Source: a virus. Taken from it: DNA of 54,780 nucleotides. Below the pieces are notes generated by a model. That model ran no database searches, had not been told where the DNA came from, and saw only the letters and a list, made by a program, of their open reading frames with translations. The translations under genes and the position numbers were made by a program. Below, piece after piece: positions 43,314 to 53,145 of the stretch (its first letter is position 1; each line of letters starts with the position of its first letter). Where the stretch lies: the IMG/VR virus record IMGVR_UViG_3300017830_000022, positions 1 through 54,780 of that record; one strand, written 5' to 3'.

Positions 43314-43324
43314 GGGGGCAGCCT

Positions 43325-44191
43325 ATGAGCGACGTTCTTGCGGCACTTAGCTCGAGTGGGCTCGATATCTGGGTGCGCCGTGGTGATAACCTGGATGCGG
43401 TCTGGACGATTGTGGATAGCGGCGGGCAAGCAGTTGCATTGCCTGATTTTGCTGTCACAATTGAAAAGTCAGGCGTGCCCGGAGCCACTCTCGAAGTGCC
43501 GCCCACGCTTACGCCGAGCGCGGCAACGGTTGGCGACACAGTAGGCCAGGTTCGTTTCCAGCTTGGTGGCGGCGTTGCGGGCGTGAGCGATACTGAACCT
43601 CGCGTTCAACGATACCAGTTAGTGCTGGCAACTCCGTCGTTTCGTCGTGTCGTGCTGCAAGGTGAGTACATCGTCAACACGAACGGCCAGACGGGGCTTT
43701 TCAGCAATGCGGCCTCTGGGGCCCCCGCGGCCCCAACACAAGGCGCTCCGGGTCCTACGGGACCTCGGGGCCCTGCTGGTCCACCCGGCCCCGCCGGTCC
43801 AGTGGGGCCCACACAAGTACCGGCGGGGACGAATTTGGCGCTTGGAGGCCTTGTGGCGTTCAATACAAGCGGCCACGCGGCATTAGCAAATGCTGCTCTT
43901 GCTAGCAATTTATACCGAGCTGTTGGTGTGAGCACGACGGAAGTGCTCGGCGGTGCGCAAGCGCAGGTCCAGTTCACTCATGCGTTGGTGCCCGTTCTCA
44001 TGGATGCGGCCCCTGCTGCCACGGAGAATGGTAAATACATTTGGCTATCAGATATTGATGGCACGGCTTCTCTCGCCCCGCCTGTCTCAGCAGGCAATGC
44101 TCGTTTTCGAGTCGGCGTGCTCTCAGGAGCGAACGGGGCGACACTTACTCCTGAGGTACTCTTCCAACCTCAGTTCGTGGCGGCAGCGTAA
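43325..44191 (+). CDS. Collagen-like repeat fibre protein
   Basis: 288 aa from ATG 43325. Gly-X-Y run GAPGPTGPRGPAGPPGPAGPVGP between beta-rich N- and C-terminal parts. Confidence 0.65.
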   Translation: MSDVLAALSSSGLDIWVRRGDNLDAVWTIVDSGGQAVALPDFAVTIEKSGVPGATLEVPPTLTPSAATVGDTVGQVRFQLGGGVAGVSDTEPRVQRYQLVLATPSFRRVVLQGEYIVNTNGQTGLFSNAASGAPAAPTQGAPGPTGPRGPAGPPGPAGPVGPTQVPAGTNLALGGLVAFNTSGHAALANAALASNLYRAVGVSTTEVLGGAQAQVQFTHALVPVLMDAAPAATENGKYIWLSDIDGTASLAPPVSAGNARFRVGVLSGANGATLTPEVLFQPQFVAAA

Positions 44192-44898
44192 TGGCAGATC
44201 AGACCGACAACATTTTGCTCTTGCCGAATGAGGCGCCTTATGAGCCACGTGTTCCGAAGGGTGATGATACGATCGTCTTGTCTAAGGCGATGCGTATCAT
44301 GAACAATCTTACGGTCACGGGAATATTGCAGGCCGAGCAGTTGAATTCTGTTCAGACGGATACCATCCGTACGAGTGATCGATTCATATCGTTGAATGAC
44401 GGCTATCGATCGATGGTCCCGCACTCAACAGGCATCGTTGCAATCCATAGTGCGGCGGACGTGGCACATCCCATCACTCAGGTTCTTTTCGAGCATGGAG
44501 AGGGTTTGCAAGGTGCCTGCGTATTTTTTACTCGTCAGGATGGTGGCGAGCCTTTTGCGCCTGGAGATATTTTTGCTGTCTCGGGCACAGAGCATAATGA
44601 CGGTATCTACGAGACTGAAGACGAGGATGAGGATGGTATTCTGCTCTGTATTGAACAGAATCCACAGGGCCCGTGGATTCAAGATAATTTTGTTCAGGAG
44701 CTTGTGACAGGCCAAGGATACATCACTAAGGTGAATATATTTGTGATGGTGTTTGGCGATAACGGAGAGATTCGGGTTGGTTTTGGTAATCAATCACCTA
44801 TTTCATTTAAGACGATTGCGGATATTGAAGATGAGCCTCTCTCAATTTACAGCTCGGCTGGTCAGCTTTTTGGCGGCGGAAAGCGTTTAGTTCGATGA
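44191..44898 (+). CDS. Hypothetical structural protein (fibre module)
   Basis: 235 aa. The start overlaps the previous stop by 1 nt. ATGA overlap downstream. Confidence 0.45.
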   Translation: MADQTDNILLLPNEAPYEPRVPKGDDTIVLSKAMRIMNNLTVTGILQAEQLNSVQTDTIRTSDRFISLNDGYRSMVPHSTGIVAIHSAADVAHPITQVLFEHGEGLQGACVFFTRQDGGEPFAPGDIFAVSGTEHNDGIYETEDEDEDGILLCIEQNPQGPWIQDNFVQELVTGQGYITKVNIFVMVFGDNGEIRVGFGNQSPISFKTIADIEDEPLSIYSSAGQLFGGGKRLVR

Positions 44899-47438
44899 CT
44901 TCTACTGGCGACCATCAATTCCAACTAGCTGACGACGGCATCCATAGTTTCGTTTTTGCCACATACACAAGCGCAGCCGCACGAGAAGCGGACACAAGAA
45001 CGTCAGGTCCTCGCGTGGTTCCGGGGAATTCGAATGGCGCTTTTCGGCAACTTGTTGCGGATGATTTAAACAAGATTGCTCTGCAAACGGATGATGATTC
45101 TTTATGGCGATTGCATTCCATATCTCCGTTGGAATGGCACCCAATTAGCCATGGACACACTGCGACTCTTGGTCGTAATGCTCATACAGAGGTCGCTTTT
45201 TCTTTGGAGGATTCGGATTCAGGTGGAGTGCTTTTGAGCCAAAATACGGGGGCAGTTGTTGTCACTATTCCAACGGGATTGGCTAGTGGATTTTGGTCGT
45301 ATGTGCGTTCAAATAGCTCTGTCGCTAGCAACGCTATGTCGTTTGTTGCGGCTTCTGGCGTGACATTGTCGGGCAGCTTGTCCGGTTACCGGTCTGGGGA
45401 TCTTGCTTTTGTTTTTCAGATCTCTCCAAACGTCTACGAGGTCTTTCGGATTTCTCCAGAAATCCTTTTGTCTCCAGTTCAGGACCTTCAGATCCGTTTC
45501 CCCAATTATGTGGGCGATTGGCAGGACATCAGTGTGTCTAATCGAAAAGGATCGTTGCTCGTAGTAGACCCGTCGCACATCCAGCAGATGACGCTACAAA
45601 TAGGTCCACCAGGAGGCACATTTTCGAGTATCACAACGATCGATAACCCAAGCCAAGCGAACACTGTCGTTGAGTTTGATTTTTCTATCAGCGTTTCTGT
45701 TACGGCAGGTTATGTTAACGAGGACATCGTTCAGTTTCGTGTTTTAGTTCGAACGTCTGATGGTGTGGACCGCGTTGCGGCTATTCAGGATTTTTTGCGG
45801 GTACCGATTCCAGATAGCCCTAGTACAAACACGGGGACGTTTACCGACCAGTTTTCCGATGTGTTCGTTGGACAGGCACAGGATGGTCTGGCGCTTGACG
45901 TTGGGGACTTCGTTGTAGTCGACCCCGACACAAATCGTTTGATCAAGTATGAATCTAATTCGGTGTTCGCGGACCATCCGTACCCCGAAGGGATCGTCAT
46001 ATTTTCACATAACCCTCAGCCTGGCGGCCGATATCGCATCTTACGTAACGGGCTGGTCACCAATTTTGTTTTGTCATCGGGTCAGACTGGCGGGTCCAAT
46101 GGAGATCATGTTTATTGGATCATTGAATCAGGTGTATTCAAGCTTCAGTTGAATCCACCTATTCAGAACCAAAAAGGTGGGATTGTTGGCTATATCACAG
46201 ACGACTCTAACGCGAATTCAAGCACTTACGATGTCGTTATAAATTCTGCTCGATTCTCCGATCGTCCGAGCGCTGATGCAGGTGTTGGCGTGGTACATGA
46301 CTTCACTGCGGCAATCGACAATGTCCCTCGTTATGAAAGTCTGATAGGCACTCATTTGGGGTGGGTAGAGGTTGAGGACTACACCCAAATTTTATCGATG
46401 CGCGTTATTGGCTCGGGGAATAGAGTTCTTGATGCGGTGGTGGCTTTGCCTACGCAAAACGGCGCGCATGCTGTGTCTTTTACGGTAACACAGGCTGACG
46501 TAGATGCGTGGGTGGCTTTGAACCTAACGGCAGTACTTGTTTGGCTGGAAGTGACCACTATCCATGGGATACGGGAAGGCGGGTTCATTGTACTTGCCTT
46601 GAACGACAATGGATTTGAGGATGAAGTTTATGCTCGCAATTTAGCGGGCCAGGAACTTCAAGTGGGCGAGCTCGTCTCTGTTCGGGGCCAAAGCACAACC
46701 AATAGGCAGGCGGAGGTCGCTCGTTTCGATCCTGAAGTTGACGACGCTCCTTCAGCGATCATGATGACAACCCATGGCACGAACGCGTCGCGGGGGACGG
46801 CCTTGATCCGAGGGGTTACGAGCTACACAGGACCAAGTGGAGAGGACCCCGGGATAGGCGACCCCATCTACTGGGCAGTGACGAGCACAGGGGCGGTCGA
46901 TATTCAGCACACTCCGCCTATTGCAGGGCAATTGGGCGGATATGTTGGACATGTTCGACAGATCATAAGTCAGTCGCTCCGGACGTATTTCGGGTATTTT
47001 AATTTTAATGCGTCGAACTCACGTCCCGTTCCGAGGATAAGTGAAGATGCTTTTTGGTCGACGGCCAGGAACAGCATCACGGAGTCGGCATTGGTGGCGC
47101 CCGATCTGGCTAATAATGGGGTGCGGAGCAATGACTCTGACTCGGTTTATTTTTTAGGATACCCGATAGGTATTGCTCCGTTCCCTGTTGCTGTAGGAGA
47201 GGGAGGAAAGTTTTTACGTCGTGGGTATCTTCGTGTCACTATATCCGATACCACTCCATTTGCTGCAGGATCTCCTGTTTATTGGGAAAGAACAACTTCT
47301 CCGAATGGCTATCGACTCAGAACAACACAGCCCACCTCTAATGGATGGGGGATAGTGGGAGAGGTCCATAGAGTAGACGCTACAACTCGTGGCGACGTTT
47401 ATTTCGATTTTAGTTGGGCACCGATTCAGCCAGCATAA
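44895..47438 (+). CDS. Large fibre / receptor-binding-like protein with three related internal domains
   Basis: 847 aa. Three segments share the pattern G(D/E)xVxV ... G(D/S)P(V/I)YW ... (I/V)G. No enzymatic motif recognised. Confidence 0.5.
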   Translation: MTSTGDHQFQLADDGIHSFVFATYTSAAAREADTRTSGPRVVPGNSNGAFRQLVADDLNKIALQTDDDSLWRLHSISPLEWHPISHGHTATLGRNAHTEVAFSLEDSDSGGVLLSQNTGAVVVTIPTGLASGFWSYVRSNSSVASNAMSFVAASGVTLSGSLSGYRSGDLAFVFQISPNVYEVFRISPEILLSPVQDLQIRFPNYVGDWQDISVSNRKGSLLVVDPSHIQQMTLQIGPPGGTFSSITTIDNPSQANTVVEFDFSISVSVTAGYVNEDIVQFRVLVRTSDGVDRVAAIQDFLRVPIPDSPSTNTGTFTDQFSDVFVGQAQDGLALDVGDFVVVDPDTNRLIKYESNSVFADHPYPEGIVIFSHNPQPGGRYRILRNGLVTNFVLSSGQTGGSNGDHVYWIIESGVFKLQLNPPIQNQKGGIVGYITDDSNANSSTYDVVINSARFSDRPSADAGVGVVHDFTAAIDNVPRYESLIGTHLGWVEVEDYTQILSMRVIGSGNRVLDAVVALPTQNGAHAVSFTVTQADVDAWVALNLTAVLVWLEVTTIHGIREGGFIVLALNDNGFEDEVYARNLAGQELQVGELVSVRGQSTTNRQAEVARFDPEVDDAPSAIMMTTHGTNASRGTALIRGVTSYTGPSGEDPGIGDPIYWAVTSTGAVDIQHTPPIAGQLGGYVGHVRQIISQSLRTYFGYFNFNASNSRPVPRISEDAFWSTARNSITESALVAPDLANNGVRSNDSDSVYFLGYPIGIAPFPVAVGEGGKFLRRGYLRVTISDTTPFAAGSPVYWERTTSPNGYRLRTTQPTSNGWGIVGEVHRVDATTRGDVYFDFSWAPIQPA

Positions 47439-47476
47439 GGTGAAGATGTATTCAATAAGCAAAAAGGAATCCGCCG

Positions 47477-47962
47477 ATGGCTGAATTCGACGAACAAAAG
47501 AAGCGAGAGATCGTTGAGCTCTATGCTGAGATGAACGTGCCGAATATTGCAGAGATTGCGCGAATATTTGGCACGACGCCGGAGATGATTCAATCTCTTC
47601 GCAGCATCAATCATGACATGGATATCCAGATGCGGCATACGGAACTGCTTTTGGCGTATCGTCTTGAGAATAAACTGTATGAGCGGGCGGTGAAAGGATG
47701 GAAAGAGCCTGTCTATCAGAGCGGAGCGATGGTCGGATATAAGGAGCGATTCTGCTCGAAGAGCCTGCATTTGATGGTCAAGAGGTACAATCCGGAGTAT
47801 CGCAATACGGATTACGTGCCGCCCAAACCCGCAGATAATCCGTCGGCAACCCGAGCCCTGTTGGAAAACGCTCCAGTTGAAGATGTGCTTTCGTTGCGCC
47901 GTACACTTGAGCGCATGGCAAAGCAAAAAGAGGAAGCCGAGAATCGGGCGGTAAGGCACTGA
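47477..47962 (+). CDS. Terminase small subunit
   Basis: 161 aa. N-terminal HTH-like NVPNIAEIARIFGTTPEMIQ. Directly upstream of the large terminase. Confidence 0.6.
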   Translation: MAEFDEQKKREIVELYAEMNVPNIAEIARIFGTTPEMIQSLRSINHDMDIQMRHTELLLAYRLENKLYERAVKGWKEPVYQSGAMVGYKERFCSKSLHLMVKRYNPEYRNTDYVPPKPADNPSATRALLENAPVEDVLSLRRTLERMAKQKEEAENRAVRH

Positions 47963-47963
47963 T

Positions 47964-49475
47964 ATGGATTACGTCCAAGGCCTACATGATTTCGATCTCG
48001 AGCGTGTTCTTCGAAACTTCGTCGAAGACCCTCAAGCGGGCCTTGATCTTATCGATAAGACGCAATCGAAGAAGAGCCTTCTTGCGTTTAGCGAAGTGAT
48101 GTGGTCTGTCCATCATCCCGCTCAACCGTTCGTACGTGGGTGGGCAATCGAAGCGATTGCGGACCATCTCGCAGCCATCACAGCTGGACATATTCGGAAG
48201 CTGATCATCAACGTCCCGCCCGGATTCATGAAGAGCTTGCTCGCGAACGTATACTGGCCAGCATGGGAATGGGGTCCGCTTGAGCAGCCATGGCTCAAGC
48301 ATATCGTTGCAAGCTACGCAGATAAGTTGTCTGCGGACCACAACGAGAAGTTGCGCAAGTTGGTCAAAGACGAGCGGTATAAACGATTATGGCCACATGT
48401 GCAGATCGACCGAGGCAACGACCAGAAGACGCACTTTGAGAATATTCGAACGGGCTTTTCGTCGACTGTCTCGATCCGCGGCGCAACGACGGGTAAACGC
48501 GCGAATCGATTCAAGGGAGATGACATCCACAACCCGATTGGAGTGGAGTCAACCTCAATCCGCGAGGAAGCGTTGACCTGGGCGACCGAAGTTGTGCCCA
48601 CACGACTTTGTGACCAGACAAAGGACGCTATTATTTGGATTATGCAGCGCACGCATTTGAGTGACGTGTCTGGGCATTTTCTTTCGAAAGACCTTGGATA
48701 TGAGCATCTGTGCATTCCGATGCGATATGAAAAGGATCACCCGCATCCATCAAAGACATTTATCTATTTCGTGGACCCGCGAACAGAAGAGGGTGAGCTT
48801 GCATTTCCAGAACGGTTTCCTGAGGAAGAGGTGGAAAGTGTCGAAAAGACAATGATGTCAAAGGGCGGCGAGTATTCGGTTCTCGGACAGATGCAGCAGA
48901 AGCCGATCTCACGTGAAGGTGGGTTCTTTAAGAGAGATTGGTGGAAAGAGGTTGACGCTCCTCCTGAGATGGTCATTGCTCGCGTGCGGGGTTGGGACTT
49001 GGCTGCGAGCAAGGCAAACAAGAATGCAACCAACGCACGCACGGCGGGTGTGATTGTTTCTATTGGACATGATCGCAAGGTGTATATCGAACACGCGTGT
49101 GCTGCCCATAAGAGCCCAGGAGCTATGGAGAATTGGCTTTGTGAGATCGCAAAAGCGGATGGCTCGGGCGTGGTGCAAGACATTCCGCAAGACCCGGGCC
49201 AGGCAGGCAAGACTCAGGCACGTGAGTTCATTCGTCGCTTGCAAGGTCTTCGTGTTCACACAAGCCCTGAGTCAGGCGAGAAGGAGATCCGTCTTTTACC
49301 CGTGGCGATTCAAGCGGAGATCGGCAACCTCTATCTTGTGCGCGGTCCATGGAATGAAGAATTCATGGATGAGCTTGAGAAGCTTCGCCCGGGTGACGGG
49401 ACGCGAAAAGATCTTGCGGACGCATGCTCGCGGGCCTACGCACGGGCTAGCGCTACGGAATGGATTCAACACTGA
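47964..49475 (+). CDS. Terminase large subunit
   Basis: 503 aa. VPPGFMKS (Walker A-like), KGDDIHNP (Walker B-like), C-terminal nuclease-like region. Typical TerL layout and position. Confidence 0.85.
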   Translation: MDYVQGLHDFDLERVLRNFVEDPQAGLDLIDKTQSKKSLLAFSEVMWSVHHPAQPFVRGWAIEAIADHLAAITAGHIRKLIINVPPGFMKSLLANVYWPAWEWGPLEQPWLKHIVASYADKLSADHNEKLRKLVKDERYKRLWPHVQIDRGNDQKTHFENIRTGFSSTVSIRGATTGKRANRFKGDDIHNPIGVESTSIREEALTWATEVVPTRLCDQTKDAIIWIMQRTHLSDVSGHFLSKDLGYEHLCIPMRYEKDHPHPSKTFIYFVDPRTEEGELAFPERFPEEEVESVEKTMMSKGGEYSVLGQMQQKPISREGGFFKRDWWKEVDAPPEMVIARVRGWDLAASKANKNATNARTAGVIVSIGHDRKVYIEHACAAHKSPGAMENWLCEIAKADGSGVVQDIPQDPGQAGKTQAREFIRRLQGLRVHTSPESGEKEIRLLPVAIQAEIGNLYLVRGPWNEEFMDELEKLRPGDGTRKDLADACSRAYARASATEWIQH

Positions 49476-50848
49476 TGGGCGTTTTCCAGAAATTCCTTGG
49501 ATTCACCGGCCTTACCGGTTTCTTTTCTCGGCCGACGGGACCTGTCGATCCTATGCAGGCGATCGGAACGGGCGGCACGACAAGTTCCGGCGGCTATTTG
49601 GAGGAGAAGGACACCACTCGAGAGCTTCAGGGGTTACAGAAGTTTGTCACGTTCTCGAACACTCTTGCGGACCTGGATATCGTTTCGGCGAGTGTCCTCA
49701 TTTATGAGCATGCGATTGGTCGCGCGGGGTGGAGGTTTCAGCCGCCCGACGAATCGCCTGAGGCACAGCGTGTTGCGGACTTGATGTTTGACGTGGCCAA
49801 CGACATGGAGACGGGTTGGACGGATGTCATCGCCCGCATGGCAATGTTTTCGATGTATGGGTATTCGATTCAGGAGTGGACAGCGAAGATGCGGCCAGAC
49901 GGGGCGATTGGCTTTTTAGATATTGAGCCGCGCTCACAGAAATCGATTGAGCAGTGGGACGAGGACGACTCGGGCCGAATTATTGGCGTAGTACAGCGGA
50001 CGAAAAATCAACGAAAAGTTTATTTGCCGCGAGAAAAGTTGGTGTATGCGGTGGATAAGGTCATCGACGACAGCCCCGCGGGCGTCGGTATTTTTCGATT
50101 TATTCATCGAACAGCACAGCAGCTTCGCGCTTTGGAGCGTCTCGAGATTATTGGCTATGAACGGGATTTGCGGGGCGTTCCGATTGCTCGTTTCCCGTAC
50201 GGTCGAAAAGAAATGGCGAAGAAGGCAGGTCAGCTGAGCGACAAAGAAATCAAGGAGCAAGAGAAGGAGTTCAAGGATTTCGTTTCCAAGGGAATGAATT
50301 CCACGGGCACGGGGTTTGTGCTTGAATCTGCACCGTACCAAACAACGGGCGATTCGCCTTCGCTATCGACCACGCCGCTCTATGATATTCAGTTGCTTCG
50401 TGGTGACAGCAAAGCGCACGAGCCTATTGGCGGCGCGATCATGCGAAAGCAACGACAGATGGCTCGCGTATTCGGCACAGAGGAAATGCTCTTGGGCGAC
50501 AGTTCGAGCGGAAGCTTTGCACTGTCCGAAGCAAAAGCGGCTAAGCTTTTGCTCAAGATCAATGCCATTTTGCGCAAAACAGGCGAAGTTGTGAATCGGG
50601 ATATCATTAAACCGTGGGGCGAACTCAACGGCATTCCACCTGCCTTATTGCCTAAGGCTAAGCACGACAAAGTCAGCTTCCGTGACTTGGAGGCCGTGGC
50701 GGAAGTCGTGGGCACGTTGGCTCGGTCGGGTATTGTGCTTACTCGTGAAGACGAGGCAGTCGGTGAGCTCTACGACAACATGGGCCTCACGCGTCCGAAA
50801 GTGATCGACGAGGGCGGGCTCGACTTATCGAATCCGGAGGATGAATAG
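49460..50848 (+). CDS. Portal protein
   Basis: 462 aa (alternative start ATG 49475). Follows TerL. The pattern recalls Mu gp29 / DUF935-type portals (from memory). Confidence 0.7.
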   Translation: MDSTLMGVFQKFLGFTGLTGFFSRPTGPVDPMQAIGTGGTTSSGGYLEEKDTTRELQGLQKFVTFSNTLADLDIVSASVLIYEHAIGRAGWRFQPPDESPEAQRVADLMFDVANDMETGWTDVIARMAMFSMYGYSIQEWTAKMRPDGAIGFLDIEPRSQKSIEQWDEDDSGRIIGVVQRTKNQRKVYLPREKLVYAVDKVIDDSPAGVGIFRFIHRTAQQLRALERLEIIGYERDLRGVPIARFPYGRKEMAKKAGQLSDKEIKEQEKEFKDFVSKGMNSTGTGFVLESAPYQTTGDSPSLSTTPLYDIQLLRGDSKAHEPIGGAIMRKQRQMARVFGTEEMLLGDSSSGSFALSEAKAAKLLLKINAILRKTGEVVNRDIIKPWGELNGIPPALLPKAKHDKVSFRDLEAVAEVVGTLARSGIVLTREDEAVGELYDNMGLTRPKVIDEGGLDLSNPEDE

Positions 50849-51394
50849 ATGAGCGTCATTATTGAGATCGGCGTCAATTCTTATGTCACTGTCGCCGAGG
50901 CTAACACCTACATGGCTGCCTCGTTCCGCGGCGCCGACTTCTGGGCAGCGCTCACGGAAGAGCAGAAGCTTCGCGCACTCATCACTGCATTTCGGATCTT
51001 CGAGACGATTCGATGGGTGGGCCAGCCTACGGAAGAAGATCAGGATGCGGCTTGGCCCCGAACCGGCACGTTAACTCCGGATGGTCGGCCGTTGCCCAGC
51101 GATGTGGTGCCGCAGGAAATAAAGGACGCGCAGATCGAATTCGCGTTTGAGATTGCCAGCAACTCTACCGTTGAGACGACAACGTCCACGTCGAGCAACA
51201 TCAAAAGGGTGCAAGCGGGCGACGCTGTAGTTGAGTTCTTTGCGCCTGGGACTGGACAAGTCATTCCTGAACCCGCGTTTCGCCCAATCGCACATCTTAT
51301 CGGCGGTACTACGATCGTCGGCGCATGTGCGTTCGGTACGGACGGGACGACGGCCAGTGACAACGAGGGAACTCTCGTGGAGCCATACGGATGA
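50849..51394 (+). CDS. Putative head-tail adaptor
   Basis: 181 aa. N-terminal NSYVTVAEANTYMA...AWPRTG pattern is typical of gp6-like connector proteins (from memory). Confidence 0.45.
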   Translation: MSVIIEIGVNSYVTVAEANTYMAASFRGADFWAALTEEQKLRALITAFRIFETIRWVGQPTEEDQDAAWPRTGTLTPDGRPLPSDVVPQEIKDAQIEFAFEIASNSTVETTTSTSSNIKRVQAGDAVVEFFAPGTGQVIPEPAFRPIAHLIGGTTIVGACAFGTDGTTASDNEGTLVEPYG

Positions 51395-51783
51395 GCCAAG
51401 ATCTTTTCAAGAATCTGGGCGTCAATGTTGCCCAGCTGGTGAACACCAATATCGGTCCTTCGTTATTGCCGATGGTGATTACGATGCGAACGTTTGGCGA
51501 TCGTGACCAACAGAATCCCGCGGGTGGGCGCACGTCAGCAGAGATTACTCGCACGGCGCGGGGCTTTATCGGACGGCTGTCAACGTATGAGATTGCCAAT
51601 CGGTCGCGAGCGCGTGAGGGCGACGTACGACTTGAAGTCCTGGGCGACTCAATTCAGGGCGGCGTTCCGCCGGACGAGAACGATTTCATCACGGTCGAGG
51701 GCAAGCGTTATCAGATCCTTGAGCTTATGAGGCGCGACCCGGCGTCGGCGAAGTATACTTATCTCGCACGCGGAAATGGCTGA
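51391..51783 (+). CDS. Putative head closure / head-tail joining protein
   Basis: 130 aa, ATGA overlap. C-terminal DFITVEGKRYQILEL pattern is typical of this class (from memory). Confidence 0.4.
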   Translation: MSQDLFKNLGVNVAQLVNTNIGPSLLPMVITMRTFGDRDQQNPAGGRTSAEITRTARGFIGRLSTYEIANRSRAREGDVRLEVLGDSIQGGVPPDENDFITVEGKRYQILELMRRDPASAKYTYLARGNG

Positions 51784-52741
51784 GTTTACCGAAGCACAAA
51801 TGATCGCTCTGCTCGACCGGGCAGAGCCTCGTTTGCGTCGCCGGTTTTTGTCCGCCATCCAGTTGATGAACGACGCGGCTCCGTTGTCCGCGATTGAGTC
51901 AGCCCTTACGACAGGAACAACGGATCAGATCCTGGATGCGCTTGATGACATTTGGTCGGAGACGTTTCCTGAGACATGGAATGGCGTATTCATCGAAGCC
52001 GGTTCGACTACGTCCGCTGCCATTGGCGAGGGAACGGGAGCGATCGTCTCGTTCAATCAGGTCAACAGTCGTGCGGTAGCCACAATGCAGGACGCGGACT
52101 TGCGGCTCATTCGCGAGTTTTCTCAGCAGCAGCGACAGGCGTCGCGGCAAGCCCTGGTGCGAGGAGCATCCGAGGGCCTGAATCCACGCGAAACAGCGAG
52201 ACGTTTTCGGGACAGCATTGGGCTCACCGCAAGACAAGAGGAAGCTGTCAGCAACTATCGGCGGCTTTTGCGTGAAAATCCCCGCGAGGCGTTAGCACGC
52301 AGACTTCGAGATCGTCGGTTTGATGGCCGTATTACACGGGCAGCTGCTGGCGAAATCGAGTTGACGGATGCCGAAATCGAGCGGATGGTGACGCGGTATC
52401 GTGAAAGGTACGTCCGTCACAGATCCGAGGTTATTGCTCGTACAGAGGCACTTAGGGCGGTTCATGAGGCAAATGAGGAATCGTTCGCCCAGGCGATTGA
52501 GGCGGGTCGCGTTGACCCGACCACATTGCGACGGGAGTGGATCCCCGCGAATGATGAACGTGTCCGGGACTCGCATGACGCGATGCGTGGCCAGGTACGA
52601 ATGTTCGGTGAACTCTTCGTCACTGGGCAAGGAAATCTTTTGCGATACCCAGGTGATTCTAGCGCGCCGGCGGAAGAGACGGTATTATGCCGTTGCGTGA
52701 TCTCTACAACTTTTTTGCCTCCCGTTGCGATAGCCGCATGA
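51776..52741 (+). CDS. Minor head protein (Mu gpF / SPP1 gp7-like)
   Basis: 321 aa. WIPANDERVRDSHDAMRGQV matches the Mu-F motif. Confidence 0.75.
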   Translation: MAEFTEAQMIALLDRAEPRLRRRFLSAIQLMNDAAPLSAIESALTTGTTDQILDALDDIWSETFPETWNGVFIEAGSTTSAAIGEGTGAIVSFNQVNSRAVATMQDADLRLIREFSQQQRQASRQALVRGASEGLNPRETARRFRDSIGLTARQEEAVSNYRRLLRENPREALARRLRDRRFDGRITRAAAGEIELTDAEIERMVTRYRERYVRHRSEVIARTEALRAVHEANEESFAQAIEAGRVDPTTLRREWIPANDERVRDSHDAMRGQVRMFGELFVTGQGNLLRYPGDSSAPAEETVLCRCVISTTFLPPVAIAA

Positions 52742-53145
52742 AGACTAAATTTTGCAATATTCCCGTCCGAGTCCAAAAAGTCGACAAAGATTATGGGCTG
52801 GTATTTGGGATTGCCTGCGTATGCACAGAAGACGGGGAGCCGTATGTTGATCTTCAGCATCAGCATGTGACGGAAGAAGCTATGCTCGGGGCCGCGATTG
52901 ATTTTGCGAAATCAGAACGCCCTATTCTCGAGATGCATGAAGGTGAACCGCGAGGGGAAGCGATCTTTAGTTTTCCAGTTACACAAGACGTCGCGGATGC
53001 TTTTGGCATCAGCCCTCGACAGACTGGACTTTGGATTGGAGCTCAAGTGGACGAAGAGATGGCGAAAAAATTTGATTCGGGTGAGCTGACCTCTTTCAGT
53101 ATCGCTGGACGAATGAAGAAATACGAGAGAGTGACGATCGAATGA
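52738..53145 (+). CDS. XkdF-like prohead protease domain protein
   Basis: ATG 52738 (ATGA overlap). KVDKDYGLVFGIACV...DLQHQHV...GELTSFSIAGR matches my memory of the XkdF-type domain. Confidence 0.55.
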   Translation: MKTKFCNIPVRVQKVDKDYGLVFGIACVCTEDGEPYVDLQHQHVTEEAMLGAAIDFAKSERPILEMHEGEPRGEAIFSFPVTQDVADAFGISPRQTGLWIGAQVDEEMAKKFDSGELTSFSIAGRMKKYERVTIE

